Source: a virus
Lineage: Duplodnaviria; Caudoviricetes
DNA: 64,000 bases
IMG/VR virus record: IMGVR_UViG_3300043427_000994
Direction: 5' to 3' (one strand)
The notes beneath the pieces were generated by a model. The model was not told where the DNA came from and searched no databases. It was given only the letters and a program-made list of their open reading frames with translations. A program made the translations under genes and the position numbers. Each line of letters starts with the position of its first letter. Positions within the stretch are counted from its first letter, which is position 1. Positions 1 through 7,787 of this stretch are shown piece by piece.

Positions 1-2
1 AT

Positions 3-827
3 TCATCTTGGGGCAAACTCCTGTTGTAATTTAATATTATCAAAGAATTCTTTCTTTGTATTACCATCTTCTTTAAACGCACCTTTAAGCACTGTAGTCT
101 GTGTTAAACTGCTATGTGCCATGATACCACGGTTTTCACAACAACCGTGCGTTGCTTGAATATAAACACCTAGATCTTTGGCTCCTGTAGCCTTTTCGAT
201 CTCCCTAGCAATGTCATTAGCAAGTTCCTCCTGGAGAGTACCACGTCGGGCGCACCACTGTGCGATGCGTGTGTACTTACTGAGTCCGATGAGTTTCTGA
301 GCCGCAATAATACCAATATAAGCAACGCCACTAACGGGTTGGTGATGATGGCTACACATACTGCGAAGCTCACTGCGAACAACCAACATACCTTCGTAGC
401 GGTCCTCCGAATCATTTGGGAAAGCCGTCGCGTCTGGTGATGGTTCATATCTTCCTGCCATTATTTCATTAAAGTACATCTTGGCAAGCCTACGTGCTGT
501 GCCTTTTGAGTTAGGATCGTTCTCACGATCAATTAAGAGTCTATCTAATACAAGTTCAAAGGCTTCTGTGGCTTCGTCGATAAGTTTAGATTTATCTTCT
601 TCACTTACATAGTCTGAGATGTTGTCGCCTGCCCAAAAACGCTTGTTATCACGTTTCATCTTAAAGCGAATAGTATCGCCCAAATACGCTTCTTTGTAAC
701 CTTTATCAGACATCATGTCTGCGGCTTTAACAAATACTTCTTTGCCCAAAGGTTGATATTCGTCTTTTACAAAGTCTTTATCGATCTTATGATTAATTAT
801 TGGGTCTGGTTTAAATTTTTCTGTCAT
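3..827 (-). CDS. folE: GTP cyclohydrolase I (FolE)
   Basis: SMCSHH, GLSKYTR, LQEELA and HGC..RG motifs of type IA GTP cyclohydrolase; RBS GGAGA; TGA stop at 3-5. Confidence 0.95.
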   Translation of the reverse strand: MTEKFKPDPIINHKIDKDFVKDEYQPLGKEVFVKAADMMSDKGYKEAYLGDTIRFKMKRDNKRFWAGDNISDYVSEEDKSKLIDEATEAFELVLDRLLIDRENDPNSKGTARRLAKMYFNEIMAGRYEPSPDATAFPNDSEDRYEGMLVVRSELRSMCSHHHQPVSGVAYIGIIAAQKLIGLSKYTRIAQWCARRGTLQEELANDIAREIEKATGAKDLGVYIQATHGCCENRGIMAHSSLTQTTVLKGAFKEDGNTKKEFFDNIKLQQEFAPR

Positions 828-843
828 TGTAATTCTCCGAGTT

Positions 844-861
844 ATAGACGTGGATGTCTAT
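844..861 (-). promoter_or_regulatory. 5' leader hairpin of folE (AUAGAC-AUCCAC-GUCUAU)
   Basis: perfect 6-bp stem between the -10 box and the RBS. Confidence 0.5.
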
Positions 862-866
862 GTTTT

Positions 867-896
867 ATTATATAGGTTTATTTAGGTTTTTGTCAA
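867..896 (-). promoter_or_regulatory. sigma70-type promoter for folE
   Basis: TTGACA-18 nt-TATAAT on minus strand. Confidence 0.75.
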
Positions 897-1191
897 TAAT
901 TACATTGCCGTTTTCATCGTAGGTATACCAACTATTAAGTTCAGAATCCCAATGGCGATTATCATAAATTCGAAATGCTATTCCGTAACCTAACACACCT
1001 AAAACAAATTCTAATCCAGCATGATCTCCCTTGGTAGCGAATTTAAATTCAACATCCAATAATTGATTGCTGTAATAGGTATGCTCTAATTCCCAAAATT
1101 TGTTTTTAGAAATTTGTCCGTGAAGACAACCGAGGTTACGAAAATAATCCCAACTCCAGGGACTGGCAATTTCTAAACGAAAATTAATCAT
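868..1191 (-). CDS. hypothetical protein
   Basis: 107-aa ORF with overlapping start/stop in operon; no recognised motif. Confidence 0.7.
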   Translation of the reverse strand: MINFRLEIASPWSWDYFRNLGCLHGQISKNKFWELEHTYYSNQLLDVEFKFATKGDHAGLEFVLGVLGYGIAFRIYDNRHWDSELNSWYTYDENGNVIIDKNLNKPI

Positions 1192-1412
1192 GTTCTATAT
1201 AAATTGGTTTGTCCGTTTTCTTGATTTTTACGTATTTCTTCTCTGCGAAGTTGTCTACATTCTTCTTTAACACGGGCAGGAATATCTGGATGCCATTCTG
1301 CCATACCGCAATCGTAGGCTTTGGATCTTTCTTCGTTTATGCCCATTAGAAGAAAGATAGTAAAAATCAGCAAGATTAAAATTATAATCTTTCCGACAAT
1401 AAGATTCGACAT
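1188..1412 (-). CDS. hypothetical membrane-anchored protein
   Basis: N-terminal hydrophobic helix, then C-x-M-x-E-W-H-P..C. Confidence 0.7.
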   Translation of the reverse strand: MSNLIVGKIIILILLIFTIFLLMGINEERSKAYDCGMAEWHPDIPARVKEECRQLRREEIRKNQENGQTNLYRT

Positions 1413-1600
1413 AAGTCAGCGTCCCTTAGTGATTTAAAAATAAAAGTCATTGAATCTTGTTCTGGGTGACTAGTATATCGATTTCCAGGAAGTCCAAATA
1501 CTTCCAAAACCATAGCACAGGTTTCGTTCCACCAAAATCCGTTTTGATTATCCCAAAGAATACAGATCTTATGCTGATCTGTTGCTAGTGCAACTGTCAT
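1382..1600 (-). CDS. hypothetical protein
   Basis: 72-aa ORF in tightly packed operon. Confidence 0.65.
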   Translation of the reverse strand: MTVALATDQHKICILWDNQNGFWWNETCAMVLEVFGLPGNRYTSHPEQDSMTFIFKSLRDADLCRILLSERL

Positions 1601-1766
1601 TCCACATTTCCTGTGCTTGTTTTTTATATTCGTTTAAATCCCACTCGGCTTGCTTGGCTTGATATTGTTCTTCACTTAATCCGTGCCAGCCTATACAATC
1701 TCCAGTGGGGCTACGACCGCAACCACAAGTTCCAATTTTTCCTTCTGGATTAGCTCTTACTTGCAT
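1569..1766 (-). CDS. small CDGSH-like metal/Fe-S-binding protein
   Basis: CGCGRSPTGDCIGWH resembles CDGSH C-x-C-x2-S-x5-C-D-G-S-H with one residue fewer; start moved to internal Met (MQVRAN). Confidence 0.55.
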   Translation of the reverse strand: MQVRANPEGKIGTCGCGRSPTGDCIGWHGLSEEQYQAKQAEWDLNEYKKQAQEMWNDSCTSNRSA

Positions 1767-2133
1767 TTTTATAATTTCCTTTACTTGGTATAACGTGACG
1801 TACCCCGCCACGAGGATCTTCCATGTCTCCCTTTCTGCGGGGAATCATATGGATGTGCGGATACATCACTGTTTGGCCAGCAGCCTCGCCACAGTTTTGC
1901 CCGACGTTAAAAGCGTCCCAACGTTCCGAGAGGACTCCGTCGGCACCAAACTTGTAGGCTGCTCTGTAACATTCCATAATGTTTTCAAAGCGTTCTTGGG
2001 TTGGCACAAAGAGCAAATGTCCCTCCGATACGGGATAGGCGTCTCTAAAAACCCAAAAGTCTTTTGTTCGATATTCAATTTCTGTCCACGGTGCTCGTCG
2101 TTCATTTAGTGCTTTCTCCAGATCATTAATCAT
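1750..2133 (-). CDS. HIT family hydrolase
   Basis: GHLLFVP and NVGQN.GEAAGQTVMYPHIHMIPR (first triad His replaced by Tyr); start at 2133 gives ATGA coupling and GGAGG RBS. Confidence 0.9.
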   Translation of the reverse strand: MINDLEKALNERRAPWTEIEYRTKDFWVFRDAYPVSEGHLLFVPTQERFENIMECYRAAYKFGADGVLSERWDAFNVGQNCGEAAGQTVMYPHIHMIPRRKGDMEDPRGGVRHVIPSKGNYKNASKS

Positions 2134-2708
2134 TTCCAGTATTCCTCCCAAGGATATACTAACCAGCAATCTTCTTCGGCTTTGTTGACTTCCCAAGCAT
2201 AATAATCTATGTCTGCTTGACTAGATAGATTATTTGTCAGTACAGCGAATCGAACATTTTGATGCCAAATGTCTTGATCCCAGGAAGGATCATTGGGCAT
2301 ACATCCACTACGCCAATCTTCTTTAATCCAATTAATTGTAGCACCTGTATCATTAATATCGTCTATGATCAAGATATTTTTATAACTGTCGCCTTTTTCT
2401 AAAAGATCAGCCGCCGCTTCGAATATGCCTTCGATATCGTTTTCATCTTCAACAAATCGTTCAGATTGATATCCAAAGGCATCTTCGGCCATGCCTAAAT
2501 CACTAACGGTTTGACCACCATCTCTGAGACTGACTTCTAACGGACGCATAGGAACGCCTAAAAACTGACTGATCATTACAGCAGGAATAGCACCACCTCT
2601 GGTGATGCCGACAACATAATCAGGACGCCATCCGCTGGTAATAACACTTCTTGCTATTTCTAAACAAGCACCTTCAACATCCGACCAACTGTAATAGATT
2701 TTTTTCAT
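2130..2708 (-). CDS. type I phosphoribosyltransferase (Gpt/purine PRT-like)
   Basis: VVGITRGG and PRPP-binding ILIIDDINDTGAT motifs, C-terminal YPWE. Confidence 0.9.
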   Translation of the reverse strand: MKKIYYSWSDVEGACLEIARSVITSGWRPDYVVGITRGGAIPAVMISQFLGVPMRPLEVSLRDGGQTVSDLGMAEDAFGYQSERFVEDENDIEGIFEAAADLLEKGDSYKNILIIDDINDTGATINWIKEDWRSGCMPNDPSWDQDIWHQNVRFAVLTNNLSSQADIDYYAWEVNKAEEDCWLVYPWEEYWK

Positions 2709-2941
2709 GATGTTAGTGCTGACGCTAATAATGACATTTCTTCTTTGGTCATGAAAAAATTGTAAACAGCAGTGTCAACAATTTCGCCGTCTTTTAGTGA
2801 TTGTTGTTCAAAATCAACACTAAAAAGACCTTTGGGATTTATTACTTCGTGTTGTTTTAACACAAGTCGAAATCCTTCGTGATTTTTAATTACTGTTTCT
2901 TTATAAGTCTGTCTAACTGATTCATGTAGTTCCATCTTCAT
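2705..2941 (-). CDS. hypothetical protein
   Basis: 78-aa ORF translationally coupled to neighbour. Confidence 0.7.
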   Translation of the reverse strand: MKMELHESVRQTYKETVIKNHEGFRLVLKQHEVINPKGLFSVDFEQQSLKDGEIVDTAVYNFFMTKEEMSLLASALTS

Positions 2942-3332
2942 CTCCTTTAATTGCTTCCCATGTTCTATATTTGGCCAGTGCTTTAATATAGTCGTCGTAC
3001 ATCTTTTTAAGTTTTGGATGTTTCTTTTCTAGTTTAACATCTCTTTCGGGCATATTCAAGACTTTTTCAATAGTTTCCAAACGTTCTTCTAAGTCAACAC
3101 CGTTAATAATCATATTACCTTTGACTTCTAAAGTGGGCGGATTACCTTGTTTAATTGTCATTGCCTCGTTTGGATTGGTCCAGGTTACATTCGTTCCTGT
3201 TGAAGTATAGATCAAAGGACCAGTAGTAGTTCCCGTGCCAATAGTGTAACTACTGCCACTAGCACCTGTACCGGTTAAGGTTACTGTGCTATTGCTGTTT
3301 GTTAAGTTTCCGATCGTATAAGTATTTGTCAT
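2922..3332 (-). CDS. hypothetical protein with Thr/Gly-rich N-terminus
   Basis: ORF; start moved to MTNTYT to reduce overlap. Confidence 0.65.
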   Translation of the reverse strand: MTNTYTIGNLTNSNSTVTLTGTGASGSSYTIGTGTTTGPLIYTSTGTNVTWTNPNEAMTIKQGNPPTLEVKGNMIINGVDLEERLETIEKVLNMPERDVKLEKKHPKLKKMYDDYIKALAKYRTWEAIKGDEDGTT

Positions 3333-3750
3333 TGTGAATCCAATTATCGTCAACAAGAAATCCCCATTCTCGTCGATGTGGACCAGGCATAAACAGCGTC
3401 CATGCTGTAACGCCTTCCTTTAATTCAATACGATGGTAACTTGTTGGACTACATATACGAAAGTGTCCGGGGCCACGCCATTTTCTTATTTCGCAACTTT
3501 TTGTTCCATCAGCATTAAATTGGGGAATCCATTCGTAGTAACCACCTTTGAGAATAAGGGTGGCATAAGGCCAAGGATGATCGTGAACATCGTCCGGATC
3601 ACCTTTTAAAAATTTATGTAAAAAGATATTGAAAGGAAAACGATTCCTTTCTTTTAAAAACAAATAATAACGTTCTAGATACGGCTCATTATATTGACGA
3701 TCCATGATAATTCGTTTACGTCCGAGTTTATCTAAAAGTTTTAAAATCAT
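3289..3750 (-). CDS. cupin-fold metalloenzyme (HDHPW type; putative oxygenase)
   Basis: LHKF...DVHDHPW...GGYYE...YHRI..WTLF cupin metal motifs. Confidence 0.75.
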   Translation of the reverse strand: MILKLLDKLGRKRIIMDRQYNEPYLERYYLFLKERNRFPFNIFLHKFLKGDPDDVHDHPWPYATLILKGGYYEWIPQFNADGTKSCEIRKWRGPGHFRICSPTSYHRIELKEGVTAWTLFMPGPHRREWGFLVDDNWIHNDKYLYDRKLNKQQ

Positions 3751-4844
3751 ACAAGTCTTTCTAAAAGTGTATCTGCTGAAAAGAAATTATCTGTTAAATC
3801 TTTAGTCTGTTTACGTAGTTGTGGCAAGAACTTGTCATAGTTATCCATGTATTGAATAATCTTAGCACAAAGTTCTGGACGATGTGTTTGATATGTTTCA
3901 AAGGACTCGGTCCAGGTACTTGGATATTTGAAAGTATCGTAATACATTTCTTTATAACTTAGTCGATCCGGCACCATAGGAATAGCATCTACAACAGCAC
4001 CTTCATAACAACTGATGCCTAATGTTTCTTGTAGATTAGCACTGAACACTAGTTTTGCTTCACCTAACAAATTATGGTATTCGTTCTTTGTAAGTTGTTG
4101 ATCCTGACAAACAACAAATTCATATTGTGGTAAGTGTTCTTTTAGATCTCTAAAGATTTCTACTTGTTTTTCTGGAGCAATGCGATGTGGAAACAGAATT
4201 AGATTACGTTTAACCATTCCTTTATATGTGGTTAAAGTATCTTCCATATATTCCATAGGCCACCCTGATCGAACAATCTTTGGAATCTTTCCTTGAAGAG
4301 CATCTTGAATGTCTTCTTCCAACCAAGGGTTTTCTATCATACTATCATTTAACAAATTCTTCATAAACATTTCAATATGAAAATTTGTAGCAAAATAATT
4401 ATAGTTGATAGCATGAAAGAAACTTTTTTCAGCGTGTCTAACCCACGGAGCATCACCGATAAGTCGACCTAAGAAGTCTTGAGGATCATAACTACCAGCA
4501 TGCCAAAGTGCGTGAATTTTTACAGGAATCTGTAATAGTTCACTCATATACTTTAAGTTTATGATACCAGGATGCCAAGCATCAGTAAAGATGAAGTGAT
4601 CATTAGGAGCCACTGATCCACCGCAAAACAGCCGGCCCATCTGTTCAACTTGAGCAGACTTATATATATTGGTGCCGCCAAAATTAAGGAAAGCACCAGG
4701 AGTGGTCGCACTAGGAATATCTGTAGGACCAGATATAATTTGAACATTGTGTCCTCTCTTCCGTAACAGAGTTGGTAGATGTGTCTTCCACTGTGAAGTG
4801 TAGCGTGTTTCTACCGACTCTAGATCTACAAGGTAGATCGTCAT
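3747..4844 (-). CDS. GT-B glycosyltransferase (GT4-like)
   Basis: FPHRIAPEK and E-x7-E (ETLGISCYE) nucleotide-sugar-binding motifs, then AIPMVPD. Confidence 0.8.
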   Translation of the reverse strand: MTIYLVDLESVETRYTSQWKTHLPTLLRKRGHNVQIISGPTDIPSATTPGAFLNFGGTNIYKSAQVEQMGRLFCGGSVAPNDHFIFTDAWHPGIINLKYMSELLQIPVKIHALWHAGSYDPQDFLGRLIGDAPWVRHAEKSFFHAINYNYFATNFHIEMFMKNLLNDSMIENPWLEEDIQDALQGKIPKIVRSGWPMEYMEDTLTTYKGMVKRNLILFPHRIAPEKQVEIFRDLKEHLPQYEFVVCQDQQLTKNEYHNLLGEAKLVFSANLQETLGISCYEGAVVDAIPMVPDRLSYKEMYYDTFKYPSTWTESFETYQTHRPELCAKIIQYMDNYDKFLPQLRKQTKDLTDNFFSADTLLERLV

Positions 4845-5050
4845 TGACGATTATTCCTGTAGTTATTTTGGCCTCTCGGCTTCCACTCTTTGCGTTCAAA
4901 TCTTCTTGGACGCTTACTTGCCTCGTAGGCCTGCCAAATTTTACTTTGGCGGTTATACAAATCTGCCGGATTATACGGCAACATTTCAAACCTGCAGAAA
5001 TCCAACAGGGCGTCGAGATCATCAAAAATCCTAACGACTTCTTGTTTCAT
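4841..5050 (-). CDS. hypothetical protein
   Basis: 69-aa ORF coupled to neighbour, basic C-terminus. Confidence 0.7.
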   Translation of the reverse strand: MKQEVVRIFDDLDALLDFCRFEMLPYNPADLYNRQSKIWQAYEASKRPRRFERKEWKPRGQNNYRNNRQ

Positions 5051-5067
5051 CTTTTTATTTCCTTTAA

Positions 5068-5463
5068 TTAATATTTGATGAACGAACCATTTTCTCCATC
5101 TTCGGAGACCTCAATCCAAACCTCACGGCCAGGATACTTCTTGCTAATGATGTCATATAAATCGTCTGACATCATTTCGCAACTCTTGTAGTCAAGGCTC
5201 AAAACGGAACCTTGACCATTATACAGCGACTCGAGCCATCGTTTGAACTGGATGAACTCGATGTCCCTGTCATTGTGTTGCACATTGATCCACACCCTGA
5301 AATGAAAGATGTGGCGATGAGGATAACCAAGAAACGATACATCATATTCATCTCCTGTTTTTAATTTTGGATCTTCTAGGGCCGCAGGATATTTGTGAAT
5401 TCCTTCTTTGCGGAAAGTAACCCAGATCATTTTGTTAGGGCGAACATCTTGTTTAATGATCAT
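5068..5463 (-). CDS. dpdL: QueD-like T-fold protein (DpdL-like, putative CDG decarboxylase)
   Basis: LGYPHRHIF (LxxxHRHxF), DRDIEF and SCEM motifs; DpdL assignment recalled from literature, not searched. Confidence 0.6.
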   Translation of the reverse strand: MIIKQDVRPNKMIWVTFRKEGIHKYPAALEDPKLKTGDEYDVSFLGYPHRHIFHFRVWINVQHNDRDIEFIQFKRWLESLYNGQGSVLSLDYKSCEMMSDDLYDIISKKYPGREVWIEVSEDGENGSFIKY

Positions 5464-5978
5464 TTAATAATTTTATCGTTGATATATTGTGACCAGTCTG
5501 TGAACTTACTACGATCCATTAGTGTGTGTAGACTGTGGGACCACACACCGGGATTAGTTGCCTTAAAATCTTTGTCATCGATTTTAAGCATTGTATTATA
5601 ATTCCAAAGTTTTATGTAAGGAATTGGAACACGAATCTGCGGAATAAAGTTATTGTATTCGCAGTAACCGCTTTCATGAAATTCTTCAACTTGATTAATT
5701 GGAATATCTAAACTACAAAGAATTCCTTCTTCTAACAAAGGAAAAATCATATTTTCCCAAGATTTGTGTTCTTCATAATTTTGCGGGTTAAAACTGTGAT
5801 TAGCGCCAAAGAAAATATGTTTACAAAGTTCGTTGGCGTAGTGCTGTTTAATTTCAGTATATGATTGTACACCAGTTACAAACAGTGTTTTCAAACCATA
5901 GGCGGGCGTGTGTTCTATCTCTTCTCCAACGAAGAAAATAATTTTATCTTGAGAACCGTCTTGATAATCTCTTATCAT
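5460..5978 (-). CDS. hypothetical protein within modification cluster
   Basis: ORF with EIEHTP, FFGANHSF, KIDD..F...NPGVW; start moved to MIRDYQ to avoid overlap. Confidence 0.7.
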   Translation of the reverse strand: MIRDYQDGSQDKIIFFVGEEIEHTPAYGLKTLFVTGVQSYTEIKQHYANELCKHIFFGANHSFNPQNYEEHKSWENMIFPLLEEGILCSLDIPINQVEEFHESGYCEYNNFIPQIRVPIPYIKLWNYNTMLKIDDKDFKATNPGVWSHSLHTLMDRSKFTDWSQYINDKIIK

Positions 5979-5979
5979 T

Positions 5980-6228
5980 TTAGTACTTGGTTTTTGATTT
6001 TGTACAAAGGAAGGTGCTACCTGATTCTTTTCCAACCATCGTCCACAACCGATAATCGGCCGATAGAATACATTCGTTATAGGTTGAAAAACTATCGTCG
6101 CTCATTTTCATTAAATTTCCAGTTTCTCGAAATTCTAAGGCTACAACATATTTAGGTTTAGACCATGCTTGATATGAAACAAACAGAGCACATAGCAAAA
6201 TTGTTACTAATAGGATTCGAGTTTTCAT
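5980..6228 (-). CDS. hypothetical exported/membrane protein
   Basis: signal-peptide-like N-terminus. Confidence 0.6.
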   Translation of the reverse strand: MKTRILLVTILLCALFVSYQAWSKPKYVVALEFRETGNLMKMSDDSFSTYNECILSADYRLWTMVGKESGSTFLCTKSKTKY

Positions 6229-7787
6229 TCCATGCCTTCTTCAAGTTTATCTAAATTTTGAGCCTCTTCATCGGTAAATTCTTCACCGTGTTCTAATTGT
6301 ACAGTCTCTTCTTCTGTTTCGTCAAAGAATTTGGCAAAGTTAGTGCTGGCATTGATTGTTTTCTTACCAGTAGCACCGCGAGTTCCAATAATACTAATCC
6401 AAAATTTACTGTATTCAGTTATTATGGCTTCTGCTTCTGCTCTATCGCTGGTAGCAAAAATAGCCTCAACTATGTCTTTGAAAAACAGTCTATCAAATTT
6501 TTCTTGAACCAACATAGCAGGAACAATTCCAGCATCATATTGTCGATTGGCTTCTTGAACAGCATTAATATGCATCCAAACATTATGTCCCATTTGAATA
6601 GCATAACTAAAACTATCCCAACTGGTTTTACCAATTTTTCCAATCTTGTTCATATCGGTTGGACCATATATACAGACATCAGATACTTTTAATTCTGCGC
6701 TGATTGGACTATCTTCAAAACCTTTGAATCGTCCATCTTGAACACCAACTGCTCCAAACGGACGATTGTCTTGATAATATTTTTTATCATCTATACTAGG
6801 AACCATTCGATACACCCACTTGGTGCGATCTTCAATTTCTGTTTGAATATAAATTTGTCCATTGGCAGTTGCTAGGAATGGACTAGCACAGTCAAAACTA
6901 ATAGTAAAATTAGGATTATGATATTTTCTAACAGCACGTTGGATGTCAGTGAGTAACGTAGCCCACTCTAATTTACTAGTACCAAGAAAGTGCATCCAGT
7001 CATGTACACCAGGTTCTAACAGTCCATCAAATCTTAACGCTACTAATCTACGCAATACCAAATGAACATCACACATATTCTGACCACCCATAGCCCAGCC
7101 ATTAAAATGACGTCCGGGATATTGTTTTGGATCGCAGTATTTTTTCATACGATCATACCAATCATCTGCCTCGGCATGATTCTCGCCTTGTAGAACATTA
7201 AGAAACTTACAAGAACCAGTTCTATTGTTAATAAACCAATCGTTGTTAATGTAAGTACCTTGAACGGCTTCCATATAACTGTTAATACCAGTGGCTTCTC
7301 TGCCACGAGGACTACGGCAGACCCAGGCAGGAATATCAAGAATCATGCCATAATCCATGTAAGCGTCCATCCACTTAAGAACCTGCTCACGTTTCTTTTG
7401 TGCTTTAGGACAGTTAGGATTTTTCCAATCTCCTTCCCAAACACCTTTACCAATTTGGAAACCGCCCGAATCGCCTAACAGCCAACTGTCAGCACGATTA
7501 CGATTACGTACCATATCTTCTTTAGGAGAAAATTTATTAGTATCTAAATCTGCGTGTCCAGCAGAGTATAGGCTCCAATGATATTGAAACTGTCCCTGTT
7601 GCGGATTTAACCAATTAAGACTTTCTACACCGTTGGTGAAGTTACTAGGTACTCTAGCAGGATCCACATACAGTCCTTTGACAGGATCTGGAAAACGTTG
7701 TTTTCCTACATAGGTAGCATAAAACCCGCTAAGTGCCGGTAAAAAGATAGCGTAGTCGTTCTGTGCGGCTGTTAAATTTTTATTCAT
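6225..7787 (-). CDS. dpdA: tRNA-guanine transglycosylase-like protein (DpdA family, putative 7-deazaguanine DNA transglycosylase)
   Basis: TGT motifs DSGGFQ, MILD, VLQG, GWAMGG, HFLG, SFD and HN; folE and T-fold neighbours. Confidence 0.75.
   Translation of the reverse strand: MNKNLTAAQNDYAIFLPALSGFYATYVGKQRFPDPVKGLYVDPARVPSNFTNGVESLNWLNPQQGQFQYHWSLYSAGHADLDTNKFSPKEDMVRNRNRADSWLLGDSGGFQIGKGVWEGDWKNPNCPKAQKKREQVLKWMDAYMDYGMILDIPAWVCRSPRGREATGINSYMEAVQGTYINNDWFINNRTGSCKFLNVLQGENHAEADDWYDRMKKYCDPKQYPGRHFNGWAMGGQNMCDVHLVLRRLVALRFDGLLEPGVHDWMHFLGTSKLEWATLLTDIQRAVRKYHNPNFTISFDCASPFLATANGQIYIQTEIEDRTKWVYRMVPSIDDKKYYQDNRPFGAVGVQDGRFKGFEDSPISAELKVSDVCIYGPTDMNKIGKIGKTSWDSFSYAIQMGHNVWMHINAVQEANRQYDAGIVPAMLVQEKFDRLFFKDIVEAIFATSDRAEAEAIITEYSKFWISIIGTRGATGKKTINASTNFAKFFDETEEETVQLEHGEEFTDEEAQNLDKLEEGME

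Noticed and set aside
5460-5978. Calling this ORF QueE because QueE is the missing pathway step
   Set aside because: No CxxxCxxC radical-SAM motif
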